This document shows positions 33,990 through 49,500 of a stretch of DNA of 64,000 nt, one piece after another (position 1 is the stretch's first letter; the number at the start of each line of letters is the position of its first letter). The stretch spans positions 1 through 64,000 of the forward strand of contig JALMLS010000326.1 in assembly GCA_038496445.1 (NCBI GenBank). The letters are read 5' to 3'. Made by a program: the position numbers and the translations under genes. This DNA is from Trichosphaerium sp. ATCC 40318. Taxonomy: Eukaryota > Protista > Tubulinea. The notes under the pieces were generated by a model. The model was not told the origin of the DNA, ran no database searches, and saw only the letters and a program-made list of their open reading frames with translations.

Positions 33990-36900
33990 ATGAGTGAAGG
34001 TACGTTATGGCGCATAAAAACAGAACTATGTGGGCTTACCAGCTTAGGCGTATCGAATTCCTCAACGCCTACAGATCGGCTGTTAAAACGGTCGGCAAAT
34101 AGCGGTCGCATGCTTTTAAATGTAGTAGAAGGTGGTGGCGCATCTGTTGGTGATGACAGTGTTCACGAGGTTATAAAACAAGTTAACGACCATGCCCTAA
34201 AGTCTAAAAACGAGGAGGTACACATATCACATTGGCGCTTTCGCTCATTATTTGGTCTGGTAGATATTACGACTTTCTGAAGATAAAAATACGCTAGAAG
34301 CTCGGCTACGCTCCAAAGATCGCGAGTTAACGCGTATGAAAGCTCTTTTGAGTCGGTACAAACATGCACTAAACCAGGAGGACCCATCAGTACAACAGGT
34401 TCGCCTTCTAATATTTCTTACAAACGTGTTTTCTGTGCAATAATTTCCTCCACTCTATTAATAACCAGTACTTTAGTTTAACGTTTCAGAAAAAGAGGAT
34501 ATGGATTGGGATAATGTGCGCAAAGCCAACCAAGAAGTTGAACAGTTGAAAGGTGCAATGGTACATACGATTGTATAATATGTCGCTAAACATCTGTAGG
34601 CATCACCTGTCGGCGATAGTAAAGCCCCTTGCAATGATGGTAGACTCAGAGGTAGGGCTTTGTCAAAGGCTGTAGAGGCTGTCAGAAAAAAGACAGACAA
34701 GCCACCAAAGGAGGGTGAGGAGGCTGATGATGAGAAAAAAGACGGCAAACCACTCACGTAGGTGCTTGAAATCTGAAGCGAGGTACTCACTTGGAGTAGG
34801 CGTTCGAATTCCCGTTGGGGATTGGTAAATGTCAAACAATTGGCGGCGATGAGAAGCAAGTCTATCGTACGTGCTTTTAAAATGGTAGTAATTGGCGCTA
34901 CTGAACACCACGTGACTGATGAATATTAAATGTTCCCTAGGGAGCGACTGAGGTCGTTTATGACACACCTGAAGCGTGTGTTGAGATCTTATCACAAGCT
35001 TTGTACAAAGCAATCTTTTACATTTTACCTCAATCTAAATGAGGTGTAGGCCACCTGTATCACGGAAACTGAGGTTAACTCAACTGATGAAGATACGCCA
35101 ACGCATAGAAGAATCAGACAAAGTTTGGTTGCAAGAATTTTTCGATCAAGGTGAGTAGAAATCAAAACTGAAGAAATGGTGCTTAGTACCACGTGTTCGT
35201 TGTAGGTGCTATGAATAGTTTGGTCAAGATATTGGAATTGTATGAATCAGAGCCGACAAAAAAGTTTGATGTTGTAATGTGTCAGTTGCAGACACTGCAA
35301 TGTATCAAGGCAATGATAAACAACGAGAATGGCATCGAGACTTTGCTGCAAAGCAAGGACAATGTGAGTATTTTATTGATGCTGTTTGAAGTATTCACAT
35401 AGCGCTATAGATCCTTCAATACTTGATACCATTTGTGGATAGATCTCAAAACCTATTGATGAAAGTGCAGTTTGTCACACTCATGTCAACACTTGTCATG
35501 TATAACCAAGACGGATACCAAGTAGTCCGATGCACGTTTAGAAATATGCGACCTACAGTTGCCTAACAAAACTCTAGCCGAATACGAGCAAGGACCTACG
35601 CTCGAATCAATAGTAAATTCGCTAGAGAACGAGACAGGCAAGTAACTTACTTACAACACAGTCGTTTCAATTAATGCTGATCAGATAAGTCTCTTCAAAG
35701 GGCATACCTTCAACTATTAAATGCTATTATTATAAGCACTAAAGGTCTAGGCGACCGTGTCAAGTTTAGAGGTTTTTTGGAGAAACAAGGATTACGTAGG
35801 ATTGTAGATAGTCTATTTAAAGACAAATCCGATCCTTTATTACATACACAAACTCAAGTGTACCTTATATCTAGCTCAAGAGATAAAGACAAGGTTAAAG
35901 AGTTGTCAGTTATCGATGGTATCAATTTGGAAGATCATAAATCTATATTAGATCGTTTAATGGAACAGTCCAAATCTTGTGGTAGCGGTACACTTACTAC
36001 ATATAAAAGTTGGCATTAATATTAATCTGCGATAGAAACTTCCCTTCTTAATATCCTGCGGCAATTTTTGCTCATACCAACAAATAAGAGTCCTTTACGG
36101 GATCAAATGTGGAATTGTATTGAAATGTCAGTACAAAGAGCTGTCAGATCGGAAACTGTTGAACAAGTCAAGCGAATAGATGTAGAGGAAATGCATATAG
36201 AGCTAGAGATGCTCAAGGGTACGTTTGTTGTTACTAATTGACTGTTTGTAACATATACACCAGAACTAGCAGCACCATTACCTCCCGATTCAGTATCCAA
36301 CGATGCATCCCTAGTTGAGGAGGACGTAGTCCCATCTCCTGTTGTAGCTGCCCCACCCCCGCCACCACCACCTCCCGGCATGGGTGGCCCACCTCCACCG
36401 CCTCCGCCACCTCCTGGAATACCTGGACCACCACCTCCCCCAGGCATGCCAGGCCCACCCCCGCCTCCTCTAGCTCCAGGAGCTCCCCCTGGACCACCAC
36501 CACCACCAGGCATGGGCGGACCACCACCTCCTCCTGGTATGCCTCGTGTGGCCAGACCTGTAGAGATAAAGCCGTCTGTCAAATTACGACCTTTCTTTTG
36601 GCAAAAGGTTCCCACAAATAATACACCTGTTTTTTGGAAAGGTTCGCAAACTATTGACGGGATGGGAGGTAATAATTACTTATTTAGAATTGGATGTACA
36701 AAAGCACGCTTTGGATGAAGAGTTTAGAGCTATATTAGAGAAGGCCTTCATGCACAAAAAGAAGGACAAAAAGCCAATTGTCCAATCATCCAAAAAGGCG
36801 CCTACCACTGTACAGCTTCTGGACACCAAGCGAGCCAACAATATAGGTGCGTCAATGGCACATGTTTTTAAAAACCAAGTTGTGTTGTTGACATTACTTT

Positions 36901-38392
36901 TATAGCGATAATACGTACTCAGTTCAAGTGCAGCGATAAACAATTGCGAGATGCTATAGTTAATGTCAATCCTAAATTAAAACCAGAGGCATTGAAAGCG
37001 CTGTTGAATTACATACCATCATCTGAAGAGGTATATTTGTTTTTTGTGATTTAGTTGCTATGGTCGAACTAACCAGATCTGATAGCGAGAAATGTTGTTA
37101 AACTACACAGGTGATAAGACTGTACTTGGGAAGGCAGAGCGTTTCTGCATGGTTATTGTGACGATACCAAAGTTGGCTAAGGTGCTAGAAACCTCCATAT
37201 TTAAAAAAGAGTTTGCTCTTAAAATCGCAAAAATACAAAATGTACCCAAAATAGATGGCGGTATTTGCTGGGTTTGACTCACTCTCTAATACATAGGACG
37301 TATCGCTACTTAGCACGCTATTGACAAATATACGGTCAAGCTCGAGGTTGGCACACTTGTTTACTGTCCTCCTTCATACTGGCAATTTCATAAATGCAGG
37401 GACAAGAAGAGGAAGAGCAAATGGCTTCAAGCTAGACTCACTAAATAAATTCAAGGATGCAAGATCCTCAGCACAATCTAACGTAAATCTACTGCACTTG
37501 CTATGTGATTACCTAAGAGAAAAGCATCGCGTTGCTCTACTCTGGCAAAAAGATTTCGTATCGCTTGACAAGGCAATGCAAGGTACCACCATCCCTTACA
37601 CTGTGGTGATATATTAACACAATTAACTCTACAACAGTTGACTTTGATCAAATGAATTCTGAAGTGTTCGACCTTAAAAAACGTCACCGCGAGTTGGTCA
37701 AATTTGTGGAGAATGGTGATCCTGTTGGAGAAGAATTTGATAAATACAGAAACATAATGGAGGTAGTAACGGCTTTATCACCCTCGTTTGCCTTGGATAT
37801 CAGATGATCTAATTATTTGCAAAAGGATTTCTCAAGCGAGGCTGCTTTGGAGATAACACTTATTTATGACCAATTTACCGAGCTTGATGCACTCAAAAAA
37901 AAGGTGTTCAAAGACTTTGGTGTTAAACCTGCGACCAAGTTACTTGACTTTTTAAAGATTTACCAGGATTTTGGAGAGAGCTTCAAGGTTTCAACAACTC
38001 AAAATGATTCCGTGCTCAAAGTCTATGTAGGTATGCCGCGTTCAAAATAAGAGAAGGGCCTTAGCTGAGGCCAAAAGGCTGAAACAAGAAGCCAAGGATA
38101 AGGCTAAAGCATCACGCTCAAAGTCTTCGCCAAAGTACGTTATCAATAGTCCAATACTGGTATTAACAAAATTTTGTATAGGGTGGAGCGATCAGCTGAC
38201 GAAAAGCGGGTACACGTGCAAACCAATGACTATTGTTTATACTAACTGGTATTTTAGAGCCAGCTCAACAGGTTAGATAAACGAAAGGAAAAGCGAAAGA
38301 ACAGAAGAGGTTCTGACAGGAAAAGGGATAATGGAACAGGTGTTCTAGATAGGATAGCTGATTCACTACTCAATGGAGACTTTGAAGTATAA
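33990..38392 (+). CDS. Diaphanous-related formin (GBD/FH3-FH1-FH2-DAD)
   Basis: CIKAMINNENG (FH3), poly-Pro FH1 at ~36350-36545, LRPFFWQK, LLDTKRANNI, GNFINAG..ANGFKLDSL, C-terminal DAD-like GVLDRIADSLLNG. Confidence 0.95.
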
Positions 38393-38483
38393 GGAAGGGA
38401 ATCACAGACAACACAGAGAGATGCATCGATTCACGTTGAATGAAGCACAAAATAAAAAAACCAAAACGAACATTTATTTATAT

Positions 38484-40362
38484 CTACAAGTTGTCGTCAG
38501 AAATTAGTGACCCTCCATCTTGTCCACCATAGCTTCTTGGCCTTTCGTCTGAAAGAAGGTTTTTAATTGGTTTGATGGAAAAATACTGCTCAGCTCTTAA
38601 CAAAAAAATTAGGTGATATGATACATTTTTTGTGGTTTTTTTACCTTGTTGGCCAAAGCAAATAGTTGAGGAAACCTAGAACCAACGTGTTACTGCAGAT
38701 GACCAATGAGTCAACCATTGTAATTTTCTTTGGGAATGAAGAGTTTATGGCTTCAGCGAGTATCACATAAAATATGAGAGACAAATACCTACAAAATATT
38801 TTTAGACATGAGGCTACTGCTCCTTCGTACCAAACAGAGAATCCAACAGTAAAGAAAATATAAAATCTTCTCTTTTCAGGGATACTCTCAAGTTTGTACG
38901 TGTGATAAATGCACCACAAGAACCAACCCATTGTCGCCACCCTATCAACGAAGATTTAGTACTGTTGCTTTTTTATATAATGGCACGTGGCATTAGAAGC
39001 GCACCTGAGGATGAGGACTATGATTCCAGGAACGCTATCATAGAAATATATAGTAGATGCTGGATCCCTTCCAACAACTAGATACCATGATGTTAGCCAC
39101 CCAATGTTCAGTAAAAAAAACGGAATTAAAAAAAATTCTATAATTTAGTGTGCGTGCCATCCCAAATAAAGAGTGCCAGGTAGGCAATCACGAGGTTAGC
39201 CAGGACTACTATAATGATATTGCGCTGTGTGAGGTAGTTGGATGTTATTGCCCAACCTTTGGCGATCAGGATAGACAAAAACATGAGCACTATTATTGCT
39301 GCAATGTGTAACACTTTGTAGCAAAGTAAACAAAATACTTAGTAACGTAAAAAAAAATAGCGTACAGTCTCCAAAGCCTTTCAAACCAGGTGCACCCTGA
39401 CCATTGCTGGCATATATAGCATAGTGAACAAAGTGACAAAGTAGTGAGAATTGTTGTAGTAACAGTGCGGTAGAGAGCAATTTTACAATCTAAGCAGCAG
39501 TGTAAGATTACATAAAACTCATTCTCAAGGGGTTGATCTGCATCACTGCCTACCGGGTGAAAAGCTCCTAGTTTATATAGTTTCCATGCCCCGTACGCGT
39601 GCACTGTAATACCAACCATATAAGTTAGCCAGAATATGAGATAGACGTAAATCATGCCTAGCACAAAACTATCAATTTTCACGTGTCAATTTTTATATGT
39701 TTACCGGCTTCATCATACGAAAACTCAGTGTCCCATGGCCCACCAGGATTGGTCATATGTATTGTATAATTATGAAGGTCAATACCTGTTTGAAAATTGT
39801 TAAATAATGGCACTGTGGATTTCTCAAAAAAAAAATCGAATTTAAGGTTCGAACCTGTATCTGACTTGCAATCGATCACAGCAAAATAGTAATACTTGGC
39901 ATGTCCTTCCTCTAATCCTCCTATACGTTCTTCGATGCCTGACATGATTGGTTTGTTGAAGAAGGCTATAATAACGTCAGTACAAGAAAGTTATAGTTTT
40001 GCAATTTAGGTTTGAAGTTTCGGCACTAGTAAATGAGGTCGTACACTTTGTCAGCTTTTCATTGCACGTCGAATCCTTTTTGTATACCTCTTTCCACGCG
40101 CTGTCAGTGTACACAGCGAATCTTGGGTCGGAAGATTTATTTGCGAGATAAATAGTGTACTCAAACGCTGGTATTGGTGGATGGGCCGCGTAGCAGAACT
40201 TGGTGAGATAGTGGAACGCTCTGTCGGTGTCTAAATCTCCTAATGTACGAGTTATTGATGAATTGACGTAGATTGTGTGCCCTGTGCGACTTTGGAGTGT
40301 GTAGTTTCAAAAAGTACGATCAAAATCACCAGCGTTATATTTATCAGTTTATTGTACACCAT
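38484..40362 (-). CDS. TMEM145/GPR180-family 7TM protein
   Basis: Signal peptide, YLTKFCY, YYYFAVIDC, MTNPGGPWDTEFSYDE, YASNGQGAP, LIAKGWAI, LLWPTR. Confidence 0.85.
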
Positions 40363-40547
40363 GGTGAATAGTAAACTATCGGCTTGCCAGAGTGGGTGTT
40401 AATTGCCAAATCTATGGTGGTATGTCAACCCAAAAAAAAACCGAACAATTTGAGTTGTACAACATTTGACTTTTGGTGCACAAGAAATACAGTAGAAACC
40501 GGTAAATTTAACATACACGCACTGGTTGTGTTATGCTATAATCAAAA

Positions 40548-43500
40548 ATGAAGCGAAAAAGCGAAGATTTGGCAAACCCACAGTCCAAGCGTTTACGTAC
40601 GATTAACACGAACAAGGTGCGTAGTCTATTAGTTTTATGGTTGTAACGGCATCAGAACTCCCATGTGGAACGAGTGGAAAGACTTGACGTAGATATATTT
40701 CGTACAGAGAGGTGCGGGGCGTACTACTACATGATTTTATGCGTTTTTCTGTTTTTCGTGCAAAGTGGTTCATGACATTTTTCTCAACTTTCTTAATACC
40801 ATATTACGCGCAAGTAGCACATAAAACTACTGTTAGCATCTTCAAAAATAAATTACAAAGATCAGTGGTGTTAAATTTGGTTATAGGGTATTCCGTGAGG
40901 CTCCTGATGGCATTACGAGTAATATACACAGAGATCTACCACTTTTTGCGGACCTAGCAAGTGACGCGTTTATACGCGTAGCAGACGTACGTTGTAACGC
41001 AAAGACCATAACAGGGCTAACAAATCAAAAGATTTTACAAATTTCACTTTTAACAACCATGGGAACAAAAAAATTTCAGGGCACTCATCATTTCTAACAC
41101 TGCTTGCAGGAGCTTCAACCATACGTTGCTACATTACCACAAGTTATCGTTAACAAGGACAAAATTATTAAAATCATTTTCGACAGCATTTACAAGCACA
41201 GGCATCACAACGACAAATATTTGATAGCGAGACTTCTTGGCTCATTTGCAAGAGACTTACAAGCAGATTTTTATCCATATTTTCCAGAAGTAATGAAGCG
41301 CCTCTATCCTCTTGTAGACGCGACAAAACCTGAGCCTAATGAGTCTCTATTCACTACAATAACTTACATATTCAAATATTTGCAAGCGCAGTTGGTTGAG
41401 GACTTTGAAGATGTGTTCGTTATGTACAGAAGATACCTCAAGAGTTCAAAATGGTGGCTTCGTCAATTCGTTGCTGAGAGTTTTTCTTTTCTTGTAAGGA
41501 AACTTCCAGAAGAGCGCATGGATGAAATGATTAAGTTGATGCTAAAGAAACCAAAAGAGTTAGAAAAGTGGCAAATCTACTCTGTCAACGGATACCAAAA
41601 GACAATCATGCTTATCTTGTTTTATGCAGCGAGAGGTGTAGCAAAGAATTTAAATTCAAAGAGCAAAGCTATACTGCCTGCTCTTTTAAAATATTTGCAC
41701 ATTCATCCAGGTCAAGACAGAGCACTATATGGTACGTATCATAAATGTGTAGCAATATTGGTCATGTACATATTTTAATGGGTTGTTTTAGATTGGAGCG
41801 TACCTATCATTGACAATGTCTTCGACAAGTTGCAGTTTCACACTATAAAGGGTGACCGTAAATCTCTTGTGGATGTATTGGTAAATGAAGGTCTCAAACC
41901 TCTTGCGCGCAAAGGCAGCGGTGGCAAAGATACTGCAATATATTTACAGCACTACCTCAAGATAGTATTGCGCATCATCTCGTATTATCAAGATGTCTTC
42001 GGTACCCACATGATTTATGCCTTTGTTGCATCTCACCTCATTTTCTAGGGTGGACAGTTGATGCTGTAGCAGGGGCTTTAGCCAAGCTTCTGAAAAGCAA
42101 AGACATGGGTAAAATGTGCAACACAGCGCCTACCATCAGAGAGCACATTACAGATATTTTTTCAAAATTGTGTGAGTTAGTAGGAAGAGGTGCTATGGAC
42201 GGAAATGTTATGGTTTCTATTAGAACAGCACTTAAAGGTAACCAAAAAAATTTAACATGATCGAGTTGTCACCACTCACTCGCCTTGTTTAGCATTATAT
42301 GATTCTGATATTGACATTCCATCTATACTTACGATAACACGTGTTCTCGCGCCTATCAATAAGGATTTCTCTGCTTATGTCCTAGAGTTGTTCAACGGTT
42401 ATCTATGCGGTCTCACAAGTGGCATATCTTCAAACTTATGTCGTGAGCTTGTTGCAACATTAACAGCATTATCAGACTCCAACCCAGAATTCACAATCTC
42501 CACGCCAACTGTTGTTGAAGGATGGATAAAGACTCGGTTGTCTAAAGCTACATTCGAAGGAGACGCAGAAAAGGATAACGACACTTTTATTGATTTAGCT
42601 GTTATTTGCAAGTCAATACCACACTTGACGCTTAAACTCCCTGCAAAAAAAATGGCAAAGTGGATTACAGAAATTCTTGAAAGCGCAATAGCCGCATACA
42701 AATCGTACGTGGATTCAGTATTGTTAGTTTAAATTGGTCGTTGTATTTATTTTTTTCTTTAGAGTCACACAAGAAGACAGAGGAAGATTACTCAACGTTG
42801 CCTTGTCTAAACTCATCACAACGCTCGCTTCATACCCACACCTTCCGAAAGAAACTATGTACCAAATAATGGAAAGGTACGTTGGTGTATAAAATGCAAA
42901 GTACTTTTGAGTAGGTTGCTTATTTCTTATTAAGGTATATTGACGCTAAAATCTTTGATCCATCGATCGTGTTTGGTTTTGCTAAGCTTGTTAAAGCGAT
43001 TGCACCTCCAAGCAAATCAATTGGATTTCCTGACATGATTCGAGACAAATTTTATGAATTGTTGATGGTAAAGAACTCCCACTACAGAATGGGTGCTCTT
43101 CAGTCTCTTACAGCTGCTTATCCGACCTTGCAACCGATTTTGGATACTGCTATAGAATTGGATGCGTTACCGCGTGATCCTCGCCACTCTCTTGGACAGC
43201 GTGTCATTCAGAAGCTTCAAGAATTATCAAGGAGCGTATCCAGCACAAGTATGGAGATTGGTGTTATATTACGAGTTCTCTTTGGATTTATTTATATCCC
43301 ATTTACGCCTTGGCATATCGCTGCGCGTACTGCATTGGGTGTTATTGCAGAGGAACATTACGAGCCGTTCACTGCTATATTTTTACCACTCTTCAAAACG
43401 ACATACGTCAAACGAAAACTCATGAACTCCACGTTCAGAAATGAGAGGTTTGCACAGCAGGTGCGTTTGTTGCAGTTTGTATTTTTCAGAAATAACTAAC

Positions 43501-46500
43501 GATTGACTGAAGGAAGCTGAAGAAGCTGAAGAAGCTGGAACCTCTGGTAAAGATGCAAGTGATCAGCAGGAAGAGCATGACACAGTCATGGAAGAACAAG
43601 AAGCAGTAGAGGAAGAACCTAAACCATCAAAAAAATATGTGGCTAAAAAGAAGCCAACTAAAGCCAACGAAAAGAAAACAGTTGCACCCAAAAAGAAGGG
43701 CAAAAAAGGAAAACGTGCGTGATCACGTTTTTTTTAAAGAAAGTACTTCTTACTTACGATTCCTTTAGGTGGCGATAAGAGGCTGAACAAGCAAATAGAA
43801 CTCATGAAAGCGCGTGAGAAATCGCTCAAACCTACGACTGTAGTGAGGTCGTTTCAATCTATTGAAGAGAAATTGATAGAAGAGGCTACACTCAAGTATA
43901 GATCATCAGCAATAGGTCGCTTTTTGGATATGCTTTGGCAGCTTATTCTCCAACTACCAAATCTCCTATTTGAAGAGGAGGGTGAGACTCTATTCTTGCG
44001 CTCTTACATAGATCGTGATGAATTTGGTTCTGACATTGGCGTGCGAACTAATGTTATGTCAATGATTGCACACATACAAGAACCTCAAAACTTGAAATGG
44101 CATGAAGAAGTACTAGACTCCATCAAAAGGTACTCTAAAGCACACCTTGTTTTATAACTAATTGAATTATCAAAAGGGATTTGCAAAGCAATAACAAGAA
44201 TGTCAGCCACCACGCATACAGAGCACTCAAAGCGTACAATTTCCCTTGGTTAGCTCCTTACGAAGAGGTTCTTGATGAGATAGTAGCTGCTCCTGCTACC
44301 ATTTCACGATGGGATTGGTCTCCTGAAGCAACCAATATCGTTGAAGCTCACCGACCTGATCTGCTAGCAACGCTTGTGGCATTGGTTTATCCACTAGTGT
44401 CTTCCTTCAATCCTGTACACTACAATCTCAAAATTTACCTTTCGTTGCTTATACTATCTTTAGAAACAAAGAAGAAACGATAAGTCTGGTGTGTTAGCTG
44501 TGTTACGTGCTTTGAGCACCTGTAAGGCATCTGAACTTGAAAAACCGTTTTTTCAACGCATTATGTCACAGTTCTCGCCCAAGAAGAGCGTGAAACCCAC
44601 AATTAAAGGCGTACATCGTGCCATGTATCCAACTTTTCGATACTTCTTCACGTTAAGCGATAATCTTGTCAGCACTTTTGGTGCCACGTACGTACTCTGC
44701 TTTGTAGTTGTTTGTAGACGGCCCTAACTCTATTTTGAAGTTTGATGCCTGCTGTCGATAGAATGATTACAGTGCTTGCCAGTGCCTTGACATGGGGTGA
44801 TGATCCACCAAGAAGCAATAAAGAGAGATCTATAGTGCGAAAGAGCGCATATAAATGCCTTGCAACACTTCTTTGGAGCTACAGAAGTTTCAGTTGTAGC
44901 AACAAAAAAACTGTTGAATTACTTACAAAGATTGGTCAATTGGAAACTGAACGTGTGTTTGGTATACATCGTATTGACAATGACACTATTGGTGGACGTA
45001 TGGAACTCATTCAAAGCATGCTTCATATGACACATATTCCTCACTTGTGCATGTGTAATTCGCGTATTGTCATTGCTGTCACTCGTTTTATCACAGCTTA
45101 CCACAAAGCTGGTACGTCCTCTTTCGTTGCTTGTTCACTTTAAAATATAAACCTAATGGTTGACAGGTAACCCTACAAATAATCTATTGATGGCCGCTTT
45201 TGATACAATGGCACGGTTTGTACAGCTTGGCGTGTCCAAGCAGAACATCAGATTTTGGTTCCAGACAAACATGGCTGATGCTAGCAAGACAGCTCCAGAG
45301 TTTATATTGGATGCTCCACTTGATATCAGGGACAACAGTATTGTCATGGATATTGACAGTACACAAAATAAGTTTAAAAGTGTATTGCAGGACGTTGCAA
45401 TCAACATTGTGAAAGCTACCATCCCTTATCTTCTCCCTTCAAAGTACGTCAACAGATACTAAATCAAAGTTACTTATGTTTTTTGAAGGGTTGGATTAAG
45501 AGCTCTTGGTATCTTGCTGTCTCTCACTGAATTTCTGACAGAGCGCGAGAGCAAGCTTGTCTTTTCTGGCATACTTGGATTGCTTAAGAAATTGATGGAT
45601 GTTCCTTTTGACAATCGTACGGCATAGTTTAACGTTGAGTGTTCTTTTGGTCTAATCAAGTACTAGCGATTGCTGGATACGAACGTGATTGTGCTGAGCT
45701 CCTTCAACTCACACTTCCGTATGCTGAAAACCCTGAGAATTGTATTCCAGTACTTTCAAAGTACTTGGCTGTTCACATGAAAAAGGACATCAGTTTTACA
45801 AATGCTATTCTCAACGTGTTTTCTAAACTTGGTTCAAAAAATCCTCAAAAGTACAAGGATATTGTACGTCTTTTATTCCTTTTTTTTGTCTATCTAACAT
45901 CACCTAATGTACTGCCATAGATGTCTGCTGTTACAAATTTATGTTCTCCATCTAAACAAGTTGTTTTCGATCAACTAAAAACCATGAAAAGTATTAATTG
46001 GGCAGTACTAGACAGGTTTCAGCTGGCTCCTCTGTTCTATGTCCTCATGGAACACCTTGACAGTGATACCATTGATATACAAGCAATGGTCACTACAGTT
46101 CTCTCGTCCATCATCGTAGCTGGATATGACAAGAGCAAAGAAAAGAAGACGCGGCATTATTACCACAACGTCCTCAGTACTTTTGTTTATCAAAAAATTC
46201 TGAACTTTGCAATCTGCACGTCAGACACATTGCGCAAGACTGTCTGTACTTTGGCTGATCTATTGACAACACGCTTTCCTGAAAGCCACCCAAACCTACA
46301 AATTCTGAGCCCCAAACCTGGCATGTTCTTTCGTTCGCTTGCCACCGAGTCCAGTGAAGATAAGTTGATCGCACTCGGCAAGCTTGCAGATAAAATTGTT
46401 GAGAACAAGATTGAAGCCCACACAATGAAGTCAGTGGTTCTCCCTATTTTAACACGCATGCAATATGAAGTGTACTTGAAACAACCGTACGCTTTTGCTT

Positions 46501-49500
46501 TCTTTAGCTTGTTATTGGTACTTACTGCAACGCAATAGTAAAGAGAGCCGTGAAGCTTGTACTCAGAAGTTGATGGATATGTGGCGTACTATGACACCTA
46601 GCCTACCACAAGAAGTGTTACAGTATTCCATCCTCAACCTACTTCGCTCGTTTAAACAAGAGACTGCCTCATGTGGTATGAGCTTAGCTGCTGCCATTAT
46701 AGAGAGATTAGACGTACGTGAAAATAGAAGGCTGTCTAAAATTGTGTGGTGCTAACATTGCTGTAGTCGAAATCTTTGGATGAAAAATCTCGTGTATTAC
46801 TTTTCAAATCAGTTATGCCAAAGTTGTTTGCACTTGGTGCAAAGACAGATGATGGTTCTGGTATCATAGCCATCGTTGCTTTGGTGAGATTGATTCGCTT
46901 GAGTCCTAGAAGCCAGCAACAAACACAGTTCCGAGTTCTGTTTGCGAGTACGTCTTAGTTCTTACCAAGTAAAATGCATGTTGGTTCTTATACAGTTCTT
47001 TAGAGGTTGTTGAACAACTCCTTTCACGCAAAGCGGAAATGCGAGCATGGGGTAACAAGACTCTTGTAGAAGTCACTACACAAATTGGACCTGAGTGGTT
47101 ATCATACATTGTACAGGAGCTCAGTGATCGCATGACTGCCGGATTCAAGGTACTACGATTTTACTAAGATATCTCATGAGACTTACAGCAATCTTTAGCG
47201 CCACGTATTTGGTGTAGCTATTCGTGATATCTTGAAGAGTATCAGACCTCCTGTGTTTAATCATGGTGTAGTGGATGAGGTCATTGATAATGTGATGGAT
47301 ATCAGCATAGAACACTTGATTGGTAAAGTATCAGACGAAAAGAAGCTTGTTGCTATAACTTCCAAAGTACCTGAGGCTAAAGCAACACCTACTGTAGACA
47401 CGTACGTCGTATTCAGAGGCTCGCAATCATAGCCACAAAGTAACAGGTGTACATAGCATGAAGTACTTGGCTACATCTATAGACTTCTTTAGAAGTGTCA
47501 GAACAATTCTCGCGCGATTTAAAGAAGCTTTCAATCAACCTATTGAAGGAAAGAAGCGTGGACAACTTTCTAGTGGTGTATACAGCTTTGTTAGCGAGTT
47601 GTACACAAATACAACGATGACTATGAGGGACATGCTACTACTCCTACACAAAGAGATGGAAGAGCTCATAGCTGTTGTTCCAGTGCAAAAGCCTGAAGTA
47701 GAAGATCAATTCAGACACATGCGCGTATGTCAACGTTCTCTTTTCCTCAAAAGTTTTATTCTAAACTCTTGCTTATAGCAGGAGAAAACGTTCAAGTTAA
47801 TGGGCTCCGACAGACCGAAAGTGCGACCGGAGGATATGGATAACCGACATTACTTGCTTTCAGCTTTGTTGTCACTTTTAAGACGTTGTTTGGAGCACAA
47901 GAGGATCAAACCAACAACGGAGAACCTTGGGCTACTTGAACCTGTACGGGAGGACCTCTTATTTTGTATTTACTGACTGCAGTATGTAGTTTGTGTCACT
48001 GCTTCATCAAATGCTTCACCACCGTGTGGCACGTGTTAAAAAGCAAGCTATGCTGTGCTTGATGCACTTTCCACACTCGAAAAGATCGCCGGCTCAAACC
48101 AAGCTAAGGCCTGCTATACTTGAACAGTTAATTCAAGTTATAAGGGTACTCATAACACTCAATATCACTAATGATGATTTCTCGCTAACATATGTCCTTG
48201 TAGCGCTCCAAATTACACTCAAACACTGGCGATGTTGCTTTGGAGGTGTTGACAAATATCTTAAAACAGACAGGACATAAGCAACTTCCAGAAAAAGATA
48301 TAGACATATTGATCGATCACTTCCGTGTTGATCTAATGGAGAATCACAATGTTGATCTCACGAAACCATTTGAGTTTTTTAGAGTACGCCATTACCAAAA
48401 TATTTTAAAAGCGCTTGTTGGTTGTGTACTGACACATTTGTTCGCACATTAGATGTTAATTTCGGGCCGGTTCATGTCTCCTGGTTTGTATGATGCTATT
48501 GACAAGATTGGACATCTTATCCTTAATGCTACTCATGATAAGACGCGTAATGTTGCGCGTCAATTGTATATTATGTTTTTATGTGAGTACCCTATGGAGA
48601 AGAAGAGATTTGTCAAGCACTTAAACTTCCTTCTTTCAAATTTGGAATATCCAACGCCTTCAGGAAGAAGAACACTTTTGGATACATTGTGGTCCTTTTT
48701 GGGCGTTGTTGATGATAAGATAGCGTCAACTTATTCAGGCTTTATGTTCCTTCCAATAGTTGTTGCATTTGCAAATGAGACTGATCCGGAATGCAGAAAG
48801 TATGCCACTCTATTGCTTGAAAGATTGATCGGTACGCTCTTTTTTTGAAAAAACTTCAATTCAAATCTGACGCAGTTCGAATTTAGAGATCTGTTGGGCG
48901 ACTAAACGTGATTGGTTGTTATCTACTGTTACGAAGTGGCTACATAACCATACTCAAAAGTAAGTTTTTTCGATTGGATTAGCGCTGTATTTCATTGTAA
49001 GCTAAACTTTTATTAGTGGCGTTGACAAAAACGGTGATGCAGAGCCTGACGTACTTGAACTAACAGCGCTACGTTTGGTGGCAATGTTTTCAAAAGTATT
49101 GAAATCAAAGCTAAGAGAACATTCCTCGTCGCTATTGTCTCATCTCTCAACGTATATCAGCGCAGCTGCAACCCCAAGCACTGGTACAATCCCACGTGAT
49201 TTTAGAACCAACTAACAGTTGTTGCAGTGCAAGGAAAGGGTGAATGGAAGCGAATATACTTGTCATTATTGGCTGTAGAGGAGATGTTGAAGTCAAGCCA
49301 AGTCTCTTATTTTTCGGAAGAGATGAAGCCAATAACGCTATCTTTGGAAGACGCTCTTGTTTTCCCACATCAATGGATAAGGTACCCTCAACTTTGGAAT
49401 CATGTTATACTCACCAAGCGAACGTTTAGGCAAACAGCAACAAGATTAGTAGCGAGGTTATTCAGTGTTCTAAACAAGCAAACAAAGAGATTAATGAACT

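Noticed and set aside
36103-36615. 170-aa Gly-rich minus-strand ORF
   Set aside because: Antisense shadow of the formin poly-proline FH1 exon.
40712-41109. Intronic snoRNA in the longer UTP20 introns
   Set aside because: No sense-strand C/D pair with a recognisable rRNA guide; the ATGATGA..CTGA seen is antisense; part of the region is a small coding exon.
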